A stretch of 64,000 nt of DNA, from assembly GCA_001643675.2 (NCBI GenBank), contig LSRY02000012.1, forward strand, positions 124,001 through 188,000, written 5' to 3'. Of this stretch, positions 28,405 through 39,900 are shown piece after piece; the stretch's first letter is position 1; every line of letters starts with the position of its first letter. The translations under genes and the position numbers were made by a program. This DNA comes from Monocercomonoides exilis PA203. Its lineage: Eukaryota > Protista > Preaxostyla. The notes beneath the pieces were generated by a model. That model did no database searches. It saw only the letters and a program-made list of their open reading frames with translations, and was not told the DNA's origin.

Positions 28405-29442
28405 ATGTCAAAGATACCAGAAACAAAAGACGTGATCTCAAACATGAATTGCTAGTTTGCTAATTTGGAACCAACTTTGAAGTGTATTTTCGAGCATAGA
28501 CTTCTTCCTGATACTGGGGAATGCAAACACTGTAAATCGAAAAAATTGTTGTGCAAAAGAGACAACGCATGTTTTTTGAAGTGCAAAAAATGCCAAAAAA
28601 CAACATTTGTTTTAAAAGAAATAACATCATTACAGACAAAAACAACAGAAAATAAAAATTTTCATGAGTTTCTGTTGTTTTGGCTGGAATTAAGCATCAA
28701 GCAAACTTGTTTTTTGTTATATCTGGATGGAAACGCCATTTCATACTATAATCATATTTGCAGGGAAGTGTGTGTGGATGTGCTATTCAAGAATCCAATC
28801 AAAATAGAAGGAGTGGGGAAGGAAGTGGAAATTGACGAAATGTTATGGAGAAGAGGGAAATGTAACAGAGGAAAAAGGAAAAAGGAAGTTTGGATTTTTG
28901 GTTGTGAAGAAAGATCTGAAGAAAGACACAAAAGATCTTTTTTGGTGGTTGTTCCAAACAGGAACAAGGAAACTCTACTAGAAGCTGTCAAAGAGCACAA
29001 TTAACCTCACACAACAATATACAGCGATGAATGGAAGGCCTATAATTGTCTGGATAAAGAAGGTTTTATACACAAAACCGTATGCCATAAGAGACATTTT
29101 GTCAATCCGGATAATAAGTCAGTCAATGCTAACACAGTGGAAGGTTTTTGGGCGCACTTTCGGAAATATCTTCCCAGATTTGGAATCCGAACAAGATTTC
29201 TTCAACAATAAATGACATCTTTCTTTGTTCGTTCGATGGGATTACTGACTTTCAATCAACTCGTTGAATCTGCAATTCATTTGAACATCGAAAACGTAGA
29301 AATAGTTCTTGAGGAAGACGAAAATGATCCAGAAATGGCTAACGATGAGGAAGATATCCCTGGTTTGGATGAACTTCCTGATGAAGATATTGATTTTGGT
29401 GCAAATGATGGAGCAGATGCATCAGAATGGTCTGATGAATAA
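28405..29442 (+). pseudogene. Merlin / ISXO2 (IS1595-family) DDE transposase with three in-frame stops
   Basis: Single frame from ATG 28405 to TAA 29442. N-terminal Zn ribbon CKHC...CKKC; catalytic motifs VEIDE, TIYSDEWKAY, HKTVCH..HFV and NTVEGFW; NRG...WIFG..ER and VPNRNKETL; acidic tail. Internal stops: TAG 28453-55, TAA 29002-04, TAA 29209-11. Confidence 0.92.
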
Positions 29443-29539
29443 TTCTTTTTAACAATTTCATACACTTTTAAAAGTATAAAAAATAATTCAAAAATACAAT
29501 CACACATTTATTATTTAAAAAAAAAAGAAAAAAATATAT

Positions 29540-29632
29540 GGGTATTTTTTTTTGAAAAGTCACAAAATATTAATTGATCTGAAAATCAGATCATAAATGA
29601 TCAGTTAATGTTGATCATTCCGTTCCCATCAT
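29540..29632 (+). repeat. Left terminal inverted repeat (24-bp core plus degenerate subterminal extension)
   Basis: Inverted match to 34381-34461. Confidence 0.85.
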
Positions 29633-30169
29633 ATATTGTTCTTTATATCATATTTTCGCTTATTTGACTAATTATAAAATATAAAGTTTCAATTTGATTC
29701 ATTTTATATAAACTTTAAGTTTAATTGTTGAATATGTATTAGTGTATATCCTTTGAGTTATAGATGGTGATGAACAATAAAATGCAATAAATTTTAACTA
29801 TTTCATTTCATACGTTTTAAAATACGTCTTATTTTATTGTTTATTAACTAACTCTCTTTTGCATTATTCAATTTCCAATAAAGGAATGATAAAACATATC
29901 TTTTCTTGTAATTCTTATTCATATTTTTGATTTTGAAGAATTCTTCATTTTAAAGCTCTAAATAAAAGAATACCTACAAATTTATATGAATAGAACGAAT
30001 GCAAATGTTTTAATAATGCTTCAAATTATCTTTCCTCCAAATGTTATTGCATTATTTATTAAAAAATTACTATTTTTTCTCATCTATGAGTTAAAATGAT
30101 GTTTCAGACACTTTGGCATTAACAGCTTCAAAAGAATCTGCATCATAAGCGTACAACATAAAAAGGAAA

Positions 30170-32750
30170 TTTAAAATTATTGTGGATGAGGCGGCTGGCG
30201 TGTACGTATAGGAAATGCCACTGTTGCAGCCGAGGAACGTTGTGGTGTGGTGGGCGATGCTGTTTGGTGGTGCTGTGTGTGTACGATGAGGCGCTTTCGG
30301 AGATGCTTTCGGTTCCTCAGGTGGTTCCGCTTCCGTCGTTTGCACTGTCGGAGGGCACGAAGTCGGGGAGCAAGCAGATCCTTGCGGAGGCAAATGTGAA
30401 TGCATTACAATCGATCCGCGATCTGTTTGGCATGCTGTTAGTGCTGCTGCTGTAGCGATGATTGAAGTTGAGGCGTGTGGTAGTGAAGCTGAACGACGAA
30501 GTGATGGTGAACTGAGCTGAGGTGTTTGACATGGGGGAGATGATGAGGAAGGTGCTGGAGGAGGTGGGGTCGAGGATTGAGGACAATGTGGTTCAATTAC
30601 CATCAGTGAATGAACTGGTTATGCTAGAGGAACGAGAAGAGGTAAAGGTTATCGTTGAAGAAGAAAAATTCTTGCGGAAGAGAAAGGTGTTAGTTGTCGT
30701 TTTATCAGGAAGAGGGTTGACGAGAATTGTTCTTATCTTACATGATAGTTAATGAATGACTCGTTCCTTTTGCTAATGTGAAGATTGTGACTGTTCAGTG
30801 CGAGCTGAGCATGCAGTTGGCTGGAAGCTGTTCAGAAATATTGGTAGAATTGTGGAGATAAAGCGGAAGCACAACTCAGAAGAAGTAGCCGGAACTTGAG
30901 CCGCGCGATATTTTGGTGCCGTATGAAAAATGGTGCGAGAGAGAGATGAAGCAGCTAATTGCGAAAGATTTGGTTATCATGTTTTGTATACTTGCTTTGG
31001 GGTTCAAGCACAATGAAGAGGAGTATGAGTCCGGTCGTAGGGTCTTCATCGACCGGGAGGAGTTGTTGTGTCATGCGAACACACATCAACTTTCTCACTC
31101 GTATGTAATGCAGTGAAGTTGTATCTTCAGTTGGGAGGTCTAAACTTCACTCTGTGAAGATGACGTTGAAAACTGAAGAGGGAATTGAGGCTGCGAAGCA
31201 GAGAAGAAAAAGAACAAGCACCCAACTTGAAGGAGACTTTAAGTAACTGCACAACGATAAGGAATGTTCACGTGTTTGGGAATGTGTTTGTGAGGGCGTC
31301 TGATGCAGAGACGTTGCTGACGGGGCTGGTAGAGGGTAAGCAGGCATATGTGCAAACAGCAAATGTGACGGTATCGTTCATCATTTTGGACAAGATGCTG
31401 AGCCCTTTGCAAGAATACATCCATCAAAGGCAGATGTCAGCAGCGTGACTGCGGAACACGGTGGATGCGCCGCCGGCATTGATGCAGGGGGTAGTAACGC
31501 AGGAGATTTGGAGGAAGAAGTGGAGCGCATTCACAGGGTTCGCAATCTGTGGAGCAGCAGCAAGCAAAGAGACGATGACAAACATGATGGCGAGGAAGAG
31601 GAAGAAGATGGTGATGAACGCGGTGATGGGAGAGGGAATGGGAGCAGCGCAAAATTAAAAATGAAACATTTCAGACTGGAAGAACATCGATTTTTTGGGG
31701 GAGACACCGATTGCTGTGCTGAATGAAGTAGCTGGGGAAGAAAAGAGGATGTGTGAGGTAATTCCGACAGAGGTGATTACAGGGAAGGGGTAGAGCACTG
31801 TGACAGTGATAACATCAGACGATGAGCATATGGTGGCGAAGGAAATGGGGGTGGATCTGAGTCCATTTCGCAAGAGAAGGAAAACGGAGAAGGAAGGAGA
31901 AGAGGAAGAGGAGATAATAAAATCATCAACATCATCATCATCATAATGTGAAAGTTCCTATTCAAATAAGAACATGGTTGTTACAGTTTCATTGAAGAAA
32001 GCTTATCTTTCACAGAATGTCGCATCGCGGAAGATAAACGATCTGTGTAAATCTGCGTATGAAATCTATTGTTGCTTCAGATGAAGAATTCATCTGCTGA
32101 AGAGTGTGATAAAGGCGAAGGAGAAGAAAAATGAGGGAGTTGTGGAAAAGATGAAAACATTTGAAGAGTGGAGCGATGCTTTTGCGGAGTTGAACAAGAT
32201 TGTTGATAGAGAAAAAGATGAACACAATGAAGAAGGAGTTGAGAAGAAAAAGAAGAAGAAGAAGAAGAAGAAGAAGAATTGGGAAAGGAAGAAGAAGAAG
32301 AAGAAGAGGAAGGAGAAGGAGAAGGAGAAGAAGGAGAAGAGGGAAAAGAAGAAGAAGAAATCATAAGTGGAAGAAAAGGTTGAGCAGATGGAGGAGCTTA
32401 TGACAACAGCAAAAACAATGAGTTGATGAAGATTTTTACGAGTTGTCTAACAGATTGCATCAAATTTCTGGTGCAGAAGCTGTCTGTTTTGCCCCCCGGT
32501 CCAATGGCATTCCAGTCGAAGTTCTTCATTTCTCCACTTACACCAGCAGACTTGCTGAAGAACAGATGAATAAAGCAAACGAGCTGGAAAAGAGAAACGA
32601 GGAGGTTGTGAAGAAAAAAGACAGCGTGGATGAGGTGACGGAGCAGAAGAGGATGGCAAGAGAAGGGGAAGGCGATGAGAGAAGATATGGATTTTTCGCT
32701 TATGAAGAAGCATTGTTGCATTTTGGATCTTGAAAGAAGGGAGAGAATGT
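30170..32750 (+). pseudogene. Decayed coding-like sequence(s) of unknown family inside the TIR element
   Basis: Runs of codons strongly biased to G at position 3 (ctg, gtg, gag, aag, tcg, gcg), broken by stops (e.g. 30453, 30459, 30513) and frameshifts. Composition differs from the flanking AT-rich DNA. Confidence 0.55.
32235..32362 (+). repeat. Near-pure polypurine (GAA/GAG)n tract
   Basis: gaagaagaag...gagaaggagaag run; probably a remnant of poly-Glu/Lys coding sequence. Confidence 0.85.
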
Positions 32751-33258
32751 GACTGATTGTTGGTTAATGGGGCAATTGTGCCGTTGGAAAACTATGATTC
32801 GGGTATTACGTGCTTTTAAAATGTGTTTGCTGGTGAGTGGGGAGATGCTGACGATGCTGTGAGAGTTTATTCAATAATAATTTTCGCAGCTCGTTTCCGC
32901 ATTTCAGTAAAACGTTGAATCTTCTTCAACAAGGTACCAAGACGATGAATAAAAACCATCTATTTCCGCTTTGCTTCAAAATGGCCTTTTCCTGAGTAAA
33001 CATTTGCCCTTTTAATTCGTTGCATTTGGCTTCTGAAATTTTTTTGGTTCTTGTTTTGAGCACAACTTTTCCTTGTCAAGTCAGGCGGAAGGTGTGCAGT
33101 AAAAATGACTCTCTCATCAAACATCTGCTTCATCGAGTGCTTCTTCACTTGTGCTTGAACTCTTTCTTTCGTTGTAATAGAAAGGAATGAAGTTGTTCTT
33201 TCAATACTATTTTATGATCATTCGAAAATATTTAGCCATTCCATGTTCGTTGATAATT

Positions 33259-33970
33259 TCAAAAACGACAAAACAGAGGAGATCGTCTAGCCCTGTTCAC
33301 ATTTTCCATCTTTAACATCCCATTCTGAACATTAATAAGCTCAGTGGTGAACGCTGTTTCTGAAGATTGTCCGCTTCCTGTTGATATGTTCAACCTGCAT
33401 ATTTGCATCTCTCCTGCTCCACTTATCTCAAACAGCTTTGAATCACGATTGCTCGGATGTGTTGGATCATGCACAAGGAAAAGGTCATCGACAGTCAATG
33501 TGCCTGTTGAGACAGCAAAAAGAGACAACATTGCTGCTTCTGATTCAGTCTGTATTGTTGTTGTAAAATCTCTTTGACCATATATTGTGAAAATATTGAT
33601 GTTGCAGTCTACACTTTTTGTCTCTGAAATCGTACGTGTGAGTATCTCAATATCTGAAACAAATTCTGGAATCAGCTGAGTGTGGCAGCAGATGATCATG
33701 TTGCATGGATGAGACTCATTTATTCCGCATGCACTTGTGTCTTTGGCGTTTGATTGTGTTTTTGACGAAGAAGCATATCTAATTTTTCCAAAATTGTTTC
33801 GTAGCCATCCACTTTGATCAGAAATTGAATTGTAGAATGCGCTAACTCTGTTTGTTGTCTGTCTTGTTGAATAGCAGGTGGAATCAATGTTGTTTGATGT
33901 CTTATAATGGAGAGAAATATCATGGCCCCCTGTAATGTATGTTTCATTGTGGAAAAAACAGTGGAAATTA
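33259..33970 (-). pseudogene. Truncated fragment (~230 codons) of a Cys/Thr/Ser-rich extracellular repeat (beta-helix-like) surface protein
   Basis: The open frame extends upstream of the listed ORF: FHCFFHNETYITGGHDI...CYSTRQTTNRV...SGWL...KDTSACGINESHPCNMIICCHTQLIP...LFAVSTGTLTVDDL...LFEISGAGEM...LINVQNGMLKMENVN. It has no start codon or signal peptide and changes abruptly to unrelated sequence at ~33290. The D..CG..ES.PC motif recalls the expanded oxymonad surface-protein families (recognised from memory). Confidence 0.6.
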
Positions 33971-34380
33971 AAAAATTTTTAGAAATATTGATTATTATTA
34001 ATAATTCAGATAAAACCTTCTCTTCTAATTAAACAACAACTGCATTATAAAAAATATGAAATGAAAACTTGTTCTGTCCGATCTCAACACAATTTCTCTT
34101 CTTGAGATGAAGATGAACATAATAACTATTCAATTAATTGTCTGAATTATCAAGCCGATTAATAAATTTAAAAACTTAAAATATTTATCGCACTATAAAT
34201 GTGTTACAAAAGAACACCAGTTTTGAAAAACAACAAATGCAATTTCAATTGAAAATCAAATTTTTAACTGATCAAAAAATAAAATAAAAAGTATTTTTTT
34301 GAAATTCGGATATTTTTTCATGAAACAATTGTTCTTGAGATAACAAACACAAATGAAATTTTTTGTTTTTTTGCTGATCA

Positions 34381-34461
34381 ATAATGGAAACGGAATATTT
34401 CACAATTAACATTCATGGGTCAAATATTTGATCTGTGGTGACTTTTCATAAAAAAATACCC
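34381..34461 (-). repeat. Right terminal inverted repeat
   Basis: Inverted match to 29540-29632. Confidence 0.85.
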
Positions 34462-35152
34462 ATATTCATAACAATTCAACAAGCTATTTGCGCAAGATAA
34501 AAATGTGAGAGAACGAACAAGAATAGCAACACCTTTCTTCGTATCGACTATGAAGTGTTATCTTTAGGTACGCGTATATTCTGCATTTGTCATTTCTGTC
34601 TATCACCTTTACAGAAAAGGAATCCTTTTTGTTGTTAAAAAGGTCATCAATCGTCTTTCAGTGTGAAATCGCACAAACAAAGCTCGAGTGACCATAGAAA
34701 CTGTGTAGGATGAAGATGTTAGATGAGCATCAGATTCAGTTAATCTTTTTTAATGGAAAGAGATGAAATTAATAAAAAAAAAATCCTTCTAAGAAATAAT
34801 GATATTTATTGAATATGGAACACATGCAAAACATGCTCCATTTGAAAAAAATTTGTAAAGTTCAAAAAAAAAAAAAAGGATATATGATTCAATCAACTCT
34901 TACAAGTTCAACAAATAATAAAAGTTGAAAATTTGATTCAAAAATTAAACAATGGAAAAATGTCATTCTCCAGCGAAATGCTCAGTTTTCTTTCATTTAT
35001 GCCTAGCAGAAAAAGCACACAATGCCATCATTATAAATTGCCATGAATTTGCAATGAGAGCAATATTCAAAAAAAATTCTTTCTCAAATGCGAAATTTCA
35101 TGCATTAGAAGATCTATGATTTAATTGTATCAAACACACTTTAAGTTCTTCA

Positions 35153-36660
35153 TCAACTATTTGATTTAAAATCCAATGAATATGAAAGCAATTTTGAAAG
35201 AAATACAAGTACATTTTTAACCGTATCTTTACAGTGCTTTTGAGAACTTTCAAGTGGTAAGGCAATTTTTGAAAGAAAGTGCATCTGCGATCTAATGATA
35301 GATAACTTAAGTTCATCATTAGCTAATTCATCTGCATCATTTTGAGCATCGCCTCTTAAGTGATCTTCTGTTGTTAAGAGTAACGATCTTTCATCTTTTT
35401 GATTTTTGAGTCTTTCTTTCTCTTTTCTTTTTGCTCTGAGAAGAAGTGTAATTTCATGCTCCTCCATCTTTCTAAGAGCAGAAAAGCAAATTCGAATTTT
35501 TTCACAAAGGAACTCATTCAAATCCATAACAACTTGCGCAATTTCACTGAACTTTATTTTCATTCCTTCAATTTCTTTTCTTTTTTCTATCGATTTTTGT
35601 TTTAATAATCCAAGCTCTCCTTTTCCAATATCAATTTTTGCTTTCGTTTGAATAATAACTTCTGATCTTCCAACACATAACGCATTTTGATATGCTTCTC
35701 TTTGCCGCAATTCCAATAGCTGTTTCGAAAGTTCATTTTTCCTTTCTTCCAGAAGCTGTTTAAGTGTTGAAATTGTCATTCCATTTGTTGAAATAGATTT
35801 TCCAGCCAGAAATCGAGAGAATCGAGTTGTCTGTGATAGTTCAGAAACAATATTTGCAACTGTTTCTTCATCCAAAGTTTTGATGCAACTTTCCAATTCT
35901 ACATAAATTCAAAAGAATTAATACAAACATTTAACATTTGAAAATTTATAACTTTAAACTTGAACATACGGCGAGTTTGAACCAAATGAGTAACTGGATG
36001 AAAGCTACAAAAGTAATCAGAAAATTCTGAAACTATCGATTCAAAATCTTCGTTTTGAGCAGATTCTTCAAGATTGTGTATTATTTTCATTGCCTCCAAT
36101 TGTTGTGTAAGTTTCACTATTTTTTGGTCATGGTCTCTAATCCATTCATCTTCTTCTATTTTTTCCTTTTTCTTTTTTTGTATTAATTCTTCAATTAATT
36201 CCTCTCTTTTTTTATTCTCTCTCCTCTCTCTTTCGAGTAAATTCGTAAATGAAGAAAATGATAAAGCAAATTGCTTTATTATCGATCGACTTTTTTTCAC
36301 TTGTTTTTGAACTTCAGCCTGATTTGATTGATAATCATCATGACTTTGCATGGTTACATTTATGATCGAATTCATTAACGTTTTCACAATTCCAGAAGCC
36401 AAAGGGTATTTAGTTGGAGAAATTTTTGTAAAGGAAGAAGATGGGAAAATTGGAGAACTATTCTCCTCAAATTGTTTAAACTCATCTTCGTAGTGTTGTG
36501 ATGAATCACTTGATAAATTTTTTTCCAATTCATTTTGTTGCTCAGTGTTCATAAAGTCAGAAAAATAAGTATCATCTTGAATTGTCTTAATTTCAAATCC
36601 ATAAACAAAAGTAAATGCAAAAACAAACCAATGTTTTATATTTTTTCTAGTTCGCATCAA
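35153..36660 (-). CDS. Hypothetical secreted coiled-coil protein; intron 35899-35969; 3' end may extend through further small exons
   Basis: Signal-peptide-like N-terminus (MMRTRKNIKHWFVFAFTFVYG-FE). Two ORFs join in frame across a GTATGT...TAG intron; E/K/L-rich heptads. Confidence 0.65.
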
Positions 36661-36907
36661 ATAAAGATTGTTTTCCCAAAAGATTTTAAATCAATAAAAA
36701 ATATGTATTTATTGTTGATAAAATTGTTATTATGCAAAAATAACATTAATAATTCGAATTTTATAATAATAACAAATATGTTACACACATCCACCGAAGC
36801 TGTTTCAAGTGGCACACATTCAATGCTCATAAAACCTTGCAATAATCCTTTTTGTTTTGAATAATTTTATTATATATCACAAACTTTTCAGACCATACTA
36901 ATTTTTC

Positions 36908-39900
36908 ATGTCATTTGATCACAATCACGAGCAAGAATTCGACGAAGTCCTTGCCAGGGATCCTTCAAATTTGAGAAATTGGCTGCTCTTAATAAAAGTA
37001 CACGAAGAAGACACTTGGATTGAACGACAAAAAGTGTACGAGAGAGTTCTTACATGTCTTCCTGGATCATACAAAGTTTGGAGAATGTACTTGACGGAAC
37101 TTCGAATCCAAGTTCGAGGCCTGTCTTTTCTAGACAAAAAAGTGCAAGAAGCAAATTCTATTCATCAACGCGCATTTATATTTTTGAATAAAGTGTGAGG
37201 TTTTTAACAATTAAAAATTTTCAGTAATTCACTTCTTTATAGATGCCCCGGCTTTGGATTGAGTATCTTCAATTTTTGATGAATCAAAAGCAGATCACAC
37301 TGACAAGACGAACATTTGATCAAGCTCTTCAAGCTCTTCCTATTACACAACATCATCATATATGGAAGTTATTTGTTCAGTTTGCTCGACTTCCACATGT
37401 ACCCCCAGAAACTTCTACAAAAATTTTTAGAAGACAGCTAAAGGTTTGAACATTTAAATGATCATTTATTTTTTTGAATGATTGAGCTATTTTTAGATAC
37501 AACCTGAACTTACTGAGGATTACGTTGATTATCTAATAGAGCATTCAATGTTTGACGAAGCAGCAGTTACTCTACTGAAGTTTATTAACAACAGTCATGC
37601 ATCATCATCTCGAGGAAAAACAAAAGCACAATTATGGCTTCAGTTGTGTGATTTAATATCATCTCATTCAGAAGTCATTACATCCTTAGGTGATCCAGAA
37701 GGAGTTATCAGGAGTGGTCTTTCTAAATTCCGTGATGAACAAGGGAGACTGTGGGTAGCGCTGGCAGGAATGCTTATGCGAAGAGGAGAGTTTGACAAGG
37801 CACGCGATGTTCTGATGGAAGGGATGACAAAGGCAACGACAGTTAGAGATTTTGGTGTGGTGTTTGATGCATGCACCCAGATGGAAGAGAGCATATGCGC
37901 ACACCTTATGATGCAGGAGAGCGAAGAGAAGCAGGCAAAGGATGAAAGCGAAAGCGGAATGGAATTGGAGCAAGATGATATTGATGAAGACACAAGAGAC
38001 AATGAGTATGACGATTATGAGATTTCACATTGGAAAAGGAGAGAAAGAGCAGCGAGAAGAAATGTGAGAGAAGCAATCATCGACAACCCAACACTCTTTT
38101 TGTCATTTGATGAAGATGATGAAGACGATGGTTTAGGGAATGAAGACAACGAAGATGGAAAGAACTTTGAGACACAATGTCTTTCTGCATTTCCATCTTT
38201 ACAGAGCATTTTCTCCTCACAACCACAAACTGCACCTTCATCTGCATCTTCATCAAAGCACTCATCAGCGTCGGATGTCACCTCCATCTCTTCTTATGCC
38301 TCTTCTCTTTCTGAGGCACCAATTGACTTGCGTGTGGAGCATTCGATGTCTTCGCTTGAGCATCTCATCAAAGAGCGCCCTCTACTTCTGTCTGCGGTGC
38401 ATCTGCGGCAGAACAAGCACAACGTGGCAGAATGGCTGAAAAGAGCAGAGCTGAAGAAGGACCAAGTAGATGACGAAAGGTCGAAGGTGAGGAAGAAGTG
38501 GAAAAACAGATGGAAGCTGAGACGTGCCCAAAGAATGGAGCGAAAGAAGAGGGAGAAAGAAGAAAAAGCGAAGGGGAAAATGGATATTGAAGAAAGAGAC
38601 GAAGATGAAATTGAGGATGAAGAGAAAGAAGAAGAAGAGGAAGAACAAGAAGATCCTTCAATACTTTATGATGACGAGATTCTTGGAATGAACACAAAGG
38701 AGCTTGAAGACGAATTGTATCTTGTGGACTGTGAGAAAGAAGAAGGCGAGTGGCGGATGAGAATGTATGCTGAGGCTGTCACGACGGTTGATCCTTTGAA
38801 GGCTGTTGGGCGGCTGGGTGATATTTGGGTGCGATGGGCACAGTGGGTGGAGGAGGAGAGAATAGACTGGGATGAAATGAACAATGATGAAGAAGGCGAA
38901 GAAGAAGATGATGATGATGAGAGGAAAGAGAAAGAGGAAGAAGCAGAAAATAGCAGAAGCAGCACACAAAGTGACAATGAAAAAGCAAAACTTCAAAGAA
39001 AGTTGTTGCAGGCAGCAGAAAAGATACGGATGAAAGGCGATGTTGAATCAGCCAGAATGATTTTCAGACGAGCTGTTCAGTCGCAATTGAGAAGTGTCGA
39101 TGAACTCGCTGACATTTGGTGCGCTTGGATTGAGGTTTGTTCTTTTGTTCTTTTTATTTTTCTAATTATGCTTTCTTTCTTTTTAAAAAAACCTTTCATC
39201 TATTTTAAATACATTATTTGCACTTTTTCACATACCAGTTGGAGTTGAGAAACAACAATCCGAAGGAGGCATTTGCATTGGCAAAGGAGGCACTTGCATA
39301 CACACCTACAGGAGACAAGTTAGCTCAAAGAAAACGAAGACGAGGCGGAAGAAACGGAAGCAACGCAAATGCGATGAACGGAGAGGACGACGAAGAAAAT
39401 GATGATGAAGATGACCAATTAGATGGTGATGGGAAATCAACAGGCGTCCCTCTTTCGCGCCGTCTCTGGCAGTCTGTGCGGTTGTGGTCCCTTCTTCTTG
39501 ATCTGAGCGAGTGCTACGGCACATTTGCGCAGACAGAAGCGTTTTATCGCTCGATGATGGACTGCAAAGTGATGACGCCTCAGATCGCCATCAACCTTGC
39601 TACGTATCTCGAAGAACAGGAAAGATACGAGCGGTCGTTTGCTGTTCTCCAGCGCACCGTTGGCATGTTCCCTCACCCGCAATGCGAGCCACTGTGGATT
39701 CTGTACGGCACACAAATGCTGAGGCACCATGGAAGGAAAGAGAAGATAGAGAGAGTGAGAGATGTGTTTGAGCAGGCGCTGGCGTCCATCCCGATTACAA
39801 CAGTCAAAACACCTGCCTCTTCAGACACAACGCTGGATCAGCTTGCTCTTCCAGGAGCATCAGCGCCTGTGTTTGATGTGAAGACGATGTCGACAGGGAT

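Larger units (their letters stand above)
29540..34461. mobile_element. Non-autonomous TIR DNA element (4.9 kb) carrying gene fragments
   Basis: Left end GGGTATTTTTTTTTGAAAAGTCAC (29540-29563); right end reverse complement GGGTATTTTTTTATGAAAAGTCAC (34438-34461), 23/24 identical. ATAT flanks both sides (29536-39, 34462-65). A second, subterminal inverted match is ATTCCGTTCCCATCAT (29617-32) versus ATTCCGTTTCCATTAT (reverse complement of 34381-96). Confidence 0.8.

Noticed and set aside
30166-30260. FKIIVDEAAG...VVGD resembling SF1 helicase motifs II/III
   Set aside because: It needs a stop and a frameshift, I found no Walker A or later motifs, and codon bias favours a different frame after the motif.
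28405-34461. Merlin transposase as the cognate mobiliser of the GGG-TIR element
   Set aside because: The gene lies outside the TIR pair and the 8-9-bp TSD expected for Merlin is absent; adjacency alone is not enough.
36877-36891. AAACTTTT(T)CA upstream of the SYF1 and LUC7 ATGs as a core promoter motif
   Set aside because: Low-complexity AT-rich match in only two or three genes; it cannot be separated from background without TSS data.
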